Assembly: GCF_006345805.1 (NCBI RefSeq) | Contig: NC_043000.1 | Span: forward strand, 38,750,001 to 38,814,000 | DNA length: 64,000 nt | Source of the DNA: Octopus sinensis | Lineage: Eukaryota | Reading direction: 5' to 3' | In this document: positions 48,892 through 61,181 of the stretch, piece after piece | Numbering within the stretch: the first letter of the stretch is position 1 | How the letters are laid out: the number at the start of each line of letters is the position of its first letter | Position numbers and translations under genes: made by a program | Notes under the pieces: generated by a model | What the model saw: the letters and a program-made list of their open reading frames with translations, nothing else | Database searches by the model: none | Told to the model about the DNA's origin: nothing

Positions 48892-50214
48892 TATGTCGTT
48901 TATAATACGTGTGTATATATTTATACACTGCTCCTAAAACAAGCCAATATTCCTCGACATAAACAAAATTCAGATTCCCGAATGTGATTCTAACCTCTCC
49001 GTGGCTAGAGACTGAAATTTAATGCGGCAGCTTCTGACGGCTTCAATAGGATTTCTCCATTTATGCTCTCTTATTAGAAAACACCCTTCAGTTTATTTTT
49101 TTTCCTTCTACTGTTCCATAAATATGTATCTGCTGAATCCCGTTAAGGCTCGTCAGTTTCTTCAATGATAGAAGCTAAAATGCGTTTAATGTTGCGAGTC
49201 GGAGTATCGGAATTATAATATGTAAATAGTTTCCCTTTATTTTATATTGCATATATTTGTGTGCAACGCGTGGGGATAAAGAAGAATGTATACAAACAAA
49301 AATGCAAAATAGAAGAGAATGTTTTGGTGGAAAAGGATTCTCACGTACGCATAGCGATTATCACATGTAAAAAGATATTAAGAATTTGAATAAATATTTT
49401 TTCGCATTCGGGAAACCGGATAAATAGAATCCAAAATCATGTTGCCAACATAACAGAAAATTTCCGAAGAGACATTAGCACACATGGAAATTAGAATGAA
49501 GCAATGTAAAATTTGAATATTCTTCAGTTAATATTCTTCACTTAATGTGGGTATCAAGGAAAAAAAACCGAAATGTACTCGAAAACAACGATAGGAATTT
49601 TTTTTTTAATACATAAGCACGCTCAATTTATTCCAGCGTTTCTTCTATGAAAGGTCATGATGACTGTTAAATTCAAGAATCAAATAGGAGGTATGCTACG
49701 ATCAAACCCAACTGGTTGCTGGTTGTGTTTACTGTGCATTGATAGAGTTATCGTAAGAGAAGATCTATATATTAACCCGTCTTTGAAAATAGAAGATTAT
49801 CAGGCAAAATGCCTTCAGATATCAAACGATTGATATGCCTTCTGCATGAGGACGATATTGTAAAGAAATCAGGAAGTAAATATGGGATAAAAGACAAAAG
49901 CAAAACGCATAAGTTGTTGATTTTTATTATTTTGTTTACTTCAAAACGATTTCTCTTGCTGATAACAAATTTCTTCATCTTTGATATTATAACTGAATAG
50001 CTTAGCATTCGACAATGTTAAAATCAGTATTATTAAGATGGAGGATGGATAAAGTCAACAGAACACAGCTTATTTATCAGTCATGTGTTGTTGATGCATG
50101 CGATTTAATAGGGAGAAAGAAATAAGGAAAGCAAACTACGAAAGCGATATAGCAGAACATAAATACAGCCATGAGTTGTGAATAAATAAAGATATACAGA
50201 CCCTCGTGTATTCT

Positions 50215-50560
50215 TTCTAGCTTCTACCTGTTACTTCTTTCAATCGTTAGACTGCGGCCATACTGAAGCGAAGCTTTGAAGAATTTGTTGTCGAATGAAT
50301 CGGCCGTTCTACATTTTTTTAAAGCCTGGTACTTATTCTATCGGTCTTTCACGCGAACCGCTAAGTTTCAGAGATGTGAATACCAGTAGTCTAGTGTTGA
50401 TGGAGAACAAACACAAACACAAAAACAAAAAATTACACACATACACATGCATGGAAATGTGTGTGTGTGTGTGTGCAAATCCACACACAAGGCTTAGGTA
50501 GATCCGAAGCTGTAGTAAAAAGACTTGCCCAAGGTATCATGTGGTGGGACCGAATTCTTA
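50215..50560 (-). mobile_element. Diverged composite SINE A-B
   Basis: Tail B (CCTGGTACTTATTCTATCGGTC) and partial head (ACTTGCCCAAGGT). Confidence 0.75.
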
Positions 50561-50636
50561 ATTTTATTGTTAGACCAGTGGGCACCTATTTTCGCAGCTT
50601 GGAATAATAAAGATCTAAATAACAAGCCTCATTTAC

Positions 50637-50677
<41 letters not shown>

Positions 50678-50678
<1 letters not shown>

Positions 50679-50807
50679 CTACCCAACCACATGGTTCCGT
50701 GTTCAGTCCCACTGCGTGTCATCTTGCGGAAGTCTCTTCTACCATATCCTCGGGCCAACTATAGTCTTGGTAGTGGATTTGGTAGACGGAAACTGAAAGA
50801 AGCTCGT

Positions 50808-50810
<3 letters not shown>
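50678..50810 (+). mobile_element. SINE head A (5'-truncated)
   Basis: CCAACCACATGGTTCCGTGTTCAGTCCC...GGATTTGGTAGACGGAAACTGAAAGAAGC. Confidence 0.85.
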
Positions 50811-50844
<34 letters not shown>

Positions 50845-50983
50845 AACTTATAAACAAGGGCAAAAGAAAACATTTCTAATGCCAAAATGCTGAAAATAGA
50901 CACATCGTCAATAACCATATAATTCATCACTATAAGCACGCGTCTCGAAGTAAGCCGACAGGAATTTCTAAAAAATTCCGTTA

Positions 50984-51041
50984 TTATCATATCGGCGCCA
51001 ATTTCAGAGTTAATTCATAAGAATGTTCTCGTCAGTGATAA
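50984..51041 (-). ncRNA. Type-I hammerhead ribozyme motif with long palindromic helix III
   Basis: TTATCA-CTGACGA-[GAAC-ATTC-TTAT-GAAT-TAACTCT]-GAAA-TTGGCGCCGA-T-A|TGATAA. Helix I is a perfect 6 bp and extends to CCGT/ACGG; the base of helix II is imperfect. Confidence 0.75.
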
Positions 51042-51277
51042 ATACGGTAAGAAATAAATGAAATACTCACTTATACACATGGAAGAAGCAAACACTAAGT
51101 CATGTGCACAATTAAGTACACAAAATATATCCAAAATAGAAATTCTCCAGATCACCTCGAGACAAGGCATATTTGGAATTAGAATGTTATTCTTTTGCCC
51201 TTGTTTATATATTTAACCTTTAAAGGTATTTTTCAATATGCTGGCCATTGATAGAATATTTTTCGAAAAGTTTTATC

Positions 51278-51319
<42 letters not shown>

Positions 51320-51363
51320 TATGAAAGAATGGAGTTGAACGACGAATTAACAAAATTCCTTTA

Positions 51364-51446
51364 TTTTTGACATATGTTTCGAAGGCTGCATATTCCTAAT
51401 TGCGAAGGAATAAGGAGTATATTATGCCGCTTTCTCATCAGTAAAA
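51364..51446 (-). ncRNA. Type-I hammerhead motif with extended helix II and GUC cleavage triplet
   Basis: TTTTA-CTGATGA-GAAAGCGGCATA...TATGCAGCCTTC-GAAA-CATATG-TC|AAAAA. Helix II pairs 10/12; helix III is the ACATATGT palindrome; the first helix I pair is mismatched. Confidence 0.75.
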
Positions 51447-51543
51447 GCAAGGAACTTATGTCAACATCAAGATGCACAAAAAACTTTTAGATGACTGCTC
51501 ACACGGAGCCATACCGATAATGAGTGTCTCTTTAAAAAATTCC

Positions 51544-51562
51544 TTTATAAGGAGTGACGTCA
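51544..51562 (-). promoter_or_regulatory. CRE palindrome + TATA box upstream of the hammerhead
   Basis: TGACGTCA at 51555-51562 and TATAAA (minus strand) at 51544-51549. Confidence 0.45.
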
Positions 51563-52109
51563 AAAGGGTTGGATGTAGAAAATTCTAGAAGGTTCTAAAG
51601 GTTCAAGGGTTCAAACGAAGTAGGAGAAGATAGGCATAAGAATAGGAAGGTGAAAGGGTGCAGTTCAAATGAATGGTGAATTTTCTTTTGTGAATGAGTG
51701 TCTGTGTGTGTGACTGTATATAACTGCATTAATGTCTGTGTGTATGTGTGTGCGTGACTGTGTTTGTGGATGGGTGGATGTCAGAAAACAGACAGTGGTG
51801 AGGTGAACGGTTTGTGTCTGTGTGTTTGATTGTGCTTACTATAGATAGAGGGAAAGAGAGAGAGAAAGAGAGAGAAAGAGGAGGGCGAGGTATAGGGACA
51901 AAGGTAACACATACCTCACTGGATTGGGTAGTAGTTCTTTGAAAGTATAAAAGAAAGGTGTTTCTAATTTTGGAATTTTTGGATAGGAACATTAATCTGT
52001 TGGGGTTAACATCCGATACTAAGACAGAGTTTTTATTGTTATGATAGGTGTAAATATTGTTCCTAGCATTGGCCACGATACTATTCATCTTATTATTACT
52101 ATTAATTGT

Positions 52110-52290
52110 AATATCGTGTGCAACATCGCTGGGGTTCTATATTTTCTGTGAGACTTTCGTATCATCTGCATAGCTTGCCAGAGTGGCTATCCGGGCATTT
52201 GAGGGCATATCTGAGAGGGCCACTATAAAAAGCAGTGCTCCCAAGACAATGCCCCGTGGAACACCACTCACTCTTTGTGTGTTCATAGAG
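52110..52290 (-). pseudogene. CR1/L2-like LINE RT fragment
   Basis: SGVPRGIVLGALLFIVALSDMPS...ASYADDTKV. Confidence 0.85.
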
Positions 52291-52885
52291 GTGGCTCCAT
52301 TATATATAATCTTTTTTTTTAATATTTTATTTTTATTTATATTTTTAATATATAACTTATAACTAGATCACAAAAAGTATAAAATCAATGTTTTTTAAAG
52401 CCACATTATATCTTCAAAAATAAATACATATTTCTATCTATTTTTTTACCTTAAAAATTAAATATTCATCATAATAAACGTGTTGTAGGAAATAATCTAA
52501 TGTTTTAAGTTTCTAATTTAGTTAATGGAGTTTTTTCTATGAGAAAAAATTTTATTTTATTTATTTCTTAATTAAATATTATTTAACTCTATTTGCTTAT
52601 TTAGTTAACACTTATCATTAACGTGAAGATGGACTATAATTTTAATTCAAATTTATTTCAGTTGAATCTAAACTTAATTGTAATTCGAATTTTATTGTAA
52701 CCATGAAACATACGTAGTGATTTTTCTTTTTATAGTATATATTCATCATTCATTTTATACTTTTTGAGGTCTAGTTATAAGTTATATATTTTAAAAAATT
52801 ATATATATATATAGTATTTGTTATTTATGTATTGGTTTATGTCTATCACATTTGAGTTGCATAATAGTGGTTTTATCTCTAATTC

Positions 52886-52972
<87 letters not shown>

Positions 52973-53059
52973 CGTGTGTGTATGTGTATGTTAGTATGCA
53001 TGCATATATATATATAAATGTATACGTATGTATGTATATATGTGTGTTTGTTTATTTTG

Positions 53060-53275
53060 CGTGTCTGTGTTTGTCCCCCCACCAACATCGCTTGACAACG
53101 GATGTTGGTGTTTCCACCCCCGATAATTTAGCGGTTCTGGAAAAGAGACCGATACAGTAAGTACTAGGCTCACAAAGAATAAGTAATGGGGTCTATTCGT
53201 TCGACTAAAGGCGGTGCCCCAGCATGGCCGCAGTCAACTGACAGAAACAAGTTAAAGAATAAAAGAATGAAAGAA
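53060..53275 (+). mobile_element. SINE tail B (solo)
   Basis: GTCCCCCACCAACATCGCTTGACAAC...CAGCATGGCCGCAGTC...GAAACAAGTTAAAGAATAAAAGAA. Confidence 0.85.
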
Positions 53276-53602
53276 CATACGTAAACATATATATATATAT
53301 ATATTTACTTACAAAAGCGCACGCACACACACACACACAGAGGCACACGCACTCAGAGACACAAACACATACACACAGAGGCACAAACACGCACACATGT
53401 ACACGCATACATACACATATATAAATGTACAGTGATTGATTTAGAACATACGCTCTCGTCTGTTCAGCGAAATTAAGAAGCGTCCAGCGTTGGTGGCGCC
53501 TAGTTGGAGAATCACATGTGAAGCCTACGTGCTGTAAGCAAAACCTGTAATTGGGAGGCGCTGCTACAGTATGACCGCAAGCAAATACCGAACATAAGAA
53601 TT

Positions 53603-54000
53603 TTTTTTCTAAGCTAGGCACGAGACCCCAAATTTTGGTGGGAGGGAGTCAGTCGATTAGATCGACACCAGTAACCAACTGGTACTTAATTTATCGACCT
53701 CGAAAGGATGAAAAGCAAAATCGACCTTGGCAAAATTTGAACTCGGAAAGTAAAGACAGACGAAATAACTATTTCTTTGCTACCCACAGGAGGCTAAACA
53801 CAGAGAGGACAAACAAGGACAGACAAACGGATTAAGTTGATTATATCGACCCCAGTGCTTAACTGGCACTTATTTAATCGACCCCGAAAGGATGAAAGCA
53901 AACTCGACCTCGGCGGAATTTGAACTCAGAACATAACGGCAGACGAAATACCGCTAAGCATCTTGCCCGGCGTGCTAACGTTTCCGCCAGCTCGCTGCCT
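53603..54000 (-). mobile_element. Dimeric SINE C1 + truncated C2
   Basis: Same architecture and junction (about 53768) as 5503-5925. Confidence 0.85.
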
Positions 54001-54702
54001 TATAAGAAAAGAAATATAAGACAGGAAAAGGGCAGCAAGTTTAAAGGAAGCATTTTAATCGTTCCGGTCGATCACCAGTAGGTAACTGGTACTCCGTTAC
54101 ATCGACAATGAAAGAATGAATTATACAGTTGACCTCGATGGGATTTTCATCTCCAAACCTGAAAACATAAAAATCCATATCTAAATACCACAAGGTATTT
54201 TAATCGAACATCTAACGATTCTACAAGCCTACATCTGAAATATGAAATGCATTATCTATAAATAAATATGTAATAATGTGAAAATCAAAGAAATGCATAT
54301 GAAGCAGAAAGTCTAATATAGAAAGCAGATATAGGATCAGGTGGTTCATCTGGGAATGATGCAATCTGGGATTGATTCTAAAGCAAGAAAGTAAATCGGT
54401 AAATATTAACTGATGTGTCACAGAGGAGGCATAACAGGCATAGATTCTATAACAAACTGGAATCTACGGAGGAAATGGAAGGGAAGATTTAAATTGAACC
54501 AATATTTACCAAACACAGAATAAGCTGTTAAAAGGAATCGGCGGTGCATGTATGGAGGGGAACAAATATGGTAACAGAAATAATATTAGCATAACCAACA
54601 GCTTATGTATACACCACACACACACACCACACACACACACACACACATTATATATATATATTATATATATAGTATATATATATATATATATTATATATAT
54701 AC

Positions 54703-54745
<43 letters not shown>

Positions 54746-54747
54746 AG

Positions 54748-54900
54748 ACAGTTCAAATAAACGAGTAGCTTAACGGAACAAGGGGACGTGCATAAGAAAT
54801 CTATTAGCTTGACGCTCGGTGAAAAGAGAGTTTGATGTTTCGCGTATAGATCTTCGTCGGAAAGGAGAAAAGGAAAAGTTCAACGAAGGAAAACAGATCG
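54748..54900 (-). mobile_element. Short Penelope-tail-like element with decayed hammerhead (54830-54864)
   Basis: CTTT-CCGACGA-A-GATC..GC-GAAA-CAT-C-AAAC; layout resembles the 2821-3020 element. Confidence 0.5.
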
Positions 54901-55608
54901 CCCACAGCTCGCGTGTTGCTACATTGCTATAAACTTAGAGCATATTCGAATCCGTAAGAATGCCTAATACTGTAATTTTGTCATGCAGAAAATTTCTCGT
55001 TATAGACAGATAGGTGTAAACTTATTTAAGCCTTTTGAAGTGCCCTCCAGCCAGACTGAGGGATGTATTCAATTCGGAGTGATTGTCTCCTCCTCACCAT
55101 CATATAAGTACCTTGATGTATGTGCATGTTTACATATTTGAGTGCCTTTAATAGAGGAGAACGAAGGTGTATGCAGGTTACTATGGAAATAATTTCATGT
55201 ATTTCAATTGTGCCTTAAAACTCACTTAGGATAAACACAAGTCAATCAGAAGACAAGAGAGCAGCAGGAGTGACTTAAACGAAAATGAATCTATTGAATA
55301 AAACCGTTTCATCTCCTGTATAAATTTTCCACGTTGTTCCAATCGTCTCAGTCGTAAATTGATAACTCTGCGAAAGACCAGCGCCTCGTTCAGAGGCACA
55401 GTTGTCACTTCGGTCATTTAGACGTTATGGAAACCGGGTGACCGACCTATGAATCCCTGAACACGAGACATTAATGTCCAAGGGGACTTATTACATATCG
55501 TCATTTCGTAGATACTTGATTTCATGTTCGAAGTGTGACGGGGTCGAAGTTGCCTTTCATATTTTCGGGGTTGATAAAATAAGGATCAGTCGACTAATGG
55601 TGTCACTG

Positions 55609-55672
<64 letters not shown>

Positions 55673-56993
55673 AAGAGAGACAGAGAGAGAGATGCATACA
55701 GATACATCTATATGTAACTTTATATAATATATATATATACTATATATTATTTAATATATATATAAACATATACACGTATATATATATGTGTATATATATA
55801 TATTATATATATACATGCGTACGTACGTATTTATCTATGTATGTATGTATGTATGTATGTATGTATGCAATATTCCCATCCTTTCTCGGCACATCAATAT
55901 TGTCTGAAAGGATGTTCGAATGATTAGAATAATCTAGTGAAGGTCATTACCAAAATAATAACTTCGAATTTTTCATCTGTGATTTGAAACGAAGTGGAAC
56001 GAGATTTTCAGAAACCATTCGGAAGGTAGATACACATTGGAAACAAACCAAGAGAATATGAATTCCTTGAAGAAGGAAAAAAAACTGCACATATCTTGAA
56101 TAAATATAGACAATCATCAGGAGACAATTATACACAACATAAGTGATTATTTCTTCATTGAAGGACATATAGTAAAACAGTTGAAATTAGGGGCCAGATG
56201 GGCGTTAGGATGATCATCGTGCCTGTCGAAGGAATGATCCTTTAGTATGCATATGTAGATTATTAGAATGTGATAGATCATAATTTTGTACAAAGAAATT
56301 CTGCAGATTGATAAGGCCTGATGCAAAAATCTCATTGATTTATTTCAATCAGCTGCATTTTCCCGACATTTTTACATGAGAAAAACAACGTTTCAATTGT
56401 TCTGATATAATTGACCGCCAATACAGTTGTAATGATTTCCTATGGCCTTTGATTCATGTGAACGTGTCTTGACGCCAGTTTTCCTTCGATACCAATCGAT
56501 ACACAGTTGCAATCAAATACAACAGAATATTTGAAGGATGTTGCCGGAAAAAAAAGAGAAAATATCAATAAGCCGCCACGTTGATTTCTAGTACAGTTTA
56601 GTAATTTCTAGTAATCTCATACCATATGATGGCATATCAACACGAACGGTATTACGCATACACACTCATGTACACCAACACATACTCAAACATGCACGCG
56701 AAAACAAACACACTTAAGCATACATTGATACAGAAATGTAGAAACAAATACAGAACACACATTTACCCGCACACACACACACATGCACGCGCAGATGCAC
56801 ATAGACACAGGCACACATACACACTCTTACAGGCGGCACATGCGCAAACAATCTCTCCTGCAGGAATACGATTACTTTTATTAAAAAGTCGTTTGTCCAG
56901 ATAGATATCACTTTTACATTATTTTCTCCCTTATTATACCTATTATATATATATATTTGTATATATATATGCATACATATATGCATATATACA

Positions 56994-57025
<32 letters not shown>

Positions 57026-57102
57026 ATATATATAATGAGAGAATGGATCGATATTTATATATATATATTATTATATTGTATATTATATATATATGTATCT
57101 AT

Positions 57103-57133
<31 letters not shown>

Positions 57134-57277
57134 GTATATATATATATATATATGTATATATATTATATATATATATATATATATGTGTGTATGTGCGGGC
57201 ATGTGTATATGTGTGAGCGTGCGTGCCTTTGTGTGTGTGTCTGTGTAAGAGAGAGCGTGCGTGTATGTATATATATA

Positions 57278-57382
<105 letters not shown>

Positions 57383-58166
57383 TGTATATATATATATATA
57401 TACAAGAAGTGGGATAAACGGGCTTTAATGTCAAATTACAACATTTGTTTCTGTGCAGTGGTGCCACCTGCAAGTTCATTAGTTTTCACTCTCATAGCAT
57501 TACATAAAAGTTTGTTACAAATAATTACATAAATGAATATCATCCAGCAATTATTGTATGCCGGTGCTTCATCAGGTACCTTGTTGCTCCTTCACAGAAA
57601 CAGATGCTGCAATTTGTAATTAAAGCCTGTTTATTCCATCTTCTTGGATCCACTTTTATATAAATTCTATCAACTAACGTTGTTCCTCATGTTTACCCTG
57701 CTCATGCAATAAACATGCTGTATGATGGCGTATGGTAGCCAATAAAATTTATAGGAGCTTTTAGATAAATGTTGTAAGGTTACAACCCGGATGATATTGA
57801 ATAAATATATAGTCTATTGTTAGGCGATGGTAGGATCAGAAAAATATAATCACCATCTGGTGAGAGATAAATATTATTCATTAAATATAATATATGGTTT
57901 TGCGTGCTGTTATTAGTTTTATGCGACGAACGCATGCCATATAGTACTTTTTAATACGTCTGGTATCTCAGTGCAATCTTCGGGTAATGCCGATTTTTTC
58001 TTTTGTAGACACCGCTTGAAGATTGCGTGAGACATCAGACGAGATAAAGATACTGCCTAGCATGCTTTCATCTGATGAAACTGAAAGTAGCACATAAAAA
58101 AACACATATTGGGTTAGTTAAAAATATATATATATATATATATATAATATATGTATATATACATTA

Positions 58167-58213
<47 letters not shown>

Positions 58214-58522
58214 TATATATATATATATATATACATACATACATGCACACCACACATACGTACATACGTACATACGTAGATACATACATACATACATACA
58301 TACATACATGCATACATAGATGTGGCGTGAATACTTGTCAGTCGAATCAGTTGGTGGGTCTTCACATAATGAGCCGGGCCTGTGCGCTGTAAAGTTGCAG
58401 GGTAGAAGGCCTCGGATCGGTGCACATTCTCTCGTGATAACTTCTGGCAATAGGTATGTGGAGTCTTCGACAAACTGCATTTCCATTAGTTATCTATCCA
58501 AACTCTCAACATATATATATAT

Positions 58523-58554
<32 letters not shown>

Positions 58555-58828
58555 ATGAAAAGAATTTGTTTGTCATCTTTCTATTGGATTATTTACTCCT
58601 CGCCAAACCCATTGGTTGCATAATCATCCTGAAACTTGGATTCTCAACACCAAAAGAATTCCGGTTTTGACTTGAAACCCGACAGTGCTCATAGCCCAGT
58701 ATTCGGGTTGAGTGCTTCTCTGAAGATACCTCAACTTCACAACCAACCTGACCTTAGCCATTTGCTCTATACCAAATATACACTTCGTAAATTTGAACTT
58801 ATACAAACACACACACACACACACAACA

Positions 58829-58864
<36 letters not shown>

Positions 58865-58911
58865 TATATTATATATATATGTATATATATTATTTATTTG
58901 TTTATTTATAT

Positions 58912-59687
58912 AGTGATTGTAAGGCGTTTGATGAAGTTGATCATGCGATCATATGTCACAAGTTGCAAAGTCATGGCAAAGTTGGAAATCTGAGAGGGAA
59001 TAAATGAAGCCAGGCTGCGGCAGCCAATGGTGCCTCTCCGAGAAGACATTAGTAGCGAGTGGAGTAACTTAGACACCTGTCATGGGGTCACTTCCGTTTG
59101 TGGTGGCCCTCTCAGTTTTGCCGTCATTATACAGGTAGCCAGTCTTCATAGTTATGCTGATGACGCGTAAGTAGCAAAACATCAAGAATACTCTGGATGC
59201 TCATTTCTACAGAAAAAGTAAGATACCATTTATAAATGGAGTGATGAAAACAAAACGCAGTCAAATATCGAAAAATTTCTACCCTTCCTCCAGCAGCCTA
59301 CTTGCTTTAACATACAGCAACAAAAATACTTTGCACTAAAACGAGCGTTAATTCCATAATCCCAGGGTCACACACAATGCACAGCCAGGAGATTAATGAG
59401 GAACGATGCATTGTTTCGCAAGTACATCGCTAAGATGGTGACAATGTGAAGGTGAATGGCTAGTTGGATTCTAAGAACTTACAGACCAAGAGACCAGGAA
59501 ATTATGCTGGTCCTATGAACAGAACATTGATCTTCAGCCGTTTGAAATGCTTTCAATTATGGTCACTCAACCCTGGCGTCAAATAAATAACGGAACTGGA
59601 GGTAGTTGAGCGGAATTATACCAAGATTGCGTCAATGGAATATCTGAGTTACTGAAAGATGGTGAAAGAAGACGGGGAAGGTACGCT

Positions 59688-59722
<35 letters not shown>

Positions 59723-60050
59723 AAGATATGATAGGAGATGGCACCAAACTTTGACATCCTTACCTATACAAGGTCCCCAACAAGACGTCACTGCACTCAT
59801 ATTTCCCAACCCCGTCTATTATAAGGACCAGTTACAGCAATGGCTTGGGATTCAAAACCTACAGTTATTTTATATCATAAAAAATACCTGGGAGGTCTAC
59901 ATGGAGTAGGGATAGATTTTTTCAAACTCCTTGATCTTCTGCTGTCTCAGATCTCACATAAAACTAGATCACGGGAAGAAACTTAAACGGGGCAACAATA
60001 TGAAGCTCACTCCTTCATCAAAAGCCAACGACAAGGGGATCTTCTTTGAA
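58912..60050 (+). pseudogene. CR1/L2-like LINE remnant (RT to 3' region), split by (TA)n at about 59690
   Basis: KAFDEVDHAIICHKL; SGV...VVALS.LPS...SYADD; ELEVV.R..T.KI.SM..LSY...RRGRYAVIY..WKI. Confidence 0.8.
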
Positions 60051-60412
60051 AAGTAATCATAGTGGTAATACAACAGCATGGCTTCAACATATAGGCCGAA
60101 ACGCATAAAAGAATGTGCGTGTGTGTGTCTGTGTCCGCGCGCGAGTTGGCGTGTGTGTGTGAGCGCGAGTGCGTGTTCCTGATTCTACAAGATGAGGGAA
60201 ACAGTGACTTCAGAGTTTCAGCCAGCAAGACTTTCTTGAAGAGTCCCGCGAAAGCAAGAAACCCGAAGCCTCGAAGTCACTGTCATTTCTCTCTTTCTAA
60301 AACATTAACCGTGTACACCGCCCCCCCCCCAACAACCCCAAAAAGTATTGAGTGGTTGTTTAGCTTAATGTTAACTATTCACTTTCATTCATTGTAAACG
60401 CGTCAAAAAAAC

Positions 60413-60445
<33 letters not shown>

Positions 60446-60497
60446 AACACACACACACACACACATACACTCACACGCACACACAGACACATACACG

Positions 60498-60537
<40 letters not shown>

Positions 60538-60994
60538 ATACATGCCGAGAATGTAAACTATGTTTTGCCGATGACTATCTCCGAAGGAGAACCTTAAGAA
60601 ACCGCCGTTCGACGAAAGAAATAAATGTGAGAATTGCCTTTGTATAAACACTAATGTTACACTTCACAAAGTCCTATCAACTACCATTTCTCTTAATGTT
60701 TTGATGTATGCATGTATACATACAAACATTAATACAAACATACATACATACATACACACACACAAACAAACAAACACACACACACACACATACATACATA
60801 CATACATACATACATACATACATAAACGTATATGTGCTTTGAGTATGAGAAAGGGGAAGACAACTAGGTGAGTTTTCAATTAGGCAATAGATACAATGCA
60901 CACATTTATCATTAGTAAGTGTGTGAGTGTGTACAGGTGTGTAGGTACGAACCTGTATATGCACGTTAATATGTAATATCTATCTATCTATCTA

Positions 60995-61035
<41 letters not shown>

Positions 61036-61142
61036 TTATATATATATATATATAATATATATATATACATATACATATATATATATATATATCATATGTA
61101 TGATGTATGTAGATAGATGTGTATGTATATGTACACATATTA

Positions 61143-61181
<39 letters not shown>

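Noticed and set aside
57425-57585. Long-insert hammerhead on the minus strand (CTGATGAAGCACC ... GAAACAAATGTT)
   Set aside because: Helix II does not close next to GAAA, helix I is only 3 bp, and the spacer is about 130 nt
58065-58085. CTGATGAAACTGAAA as a hammerhead
   Set aside because: It is a simple 15-nt palindrome (TTTCATCTGATGAAA) with no helix II
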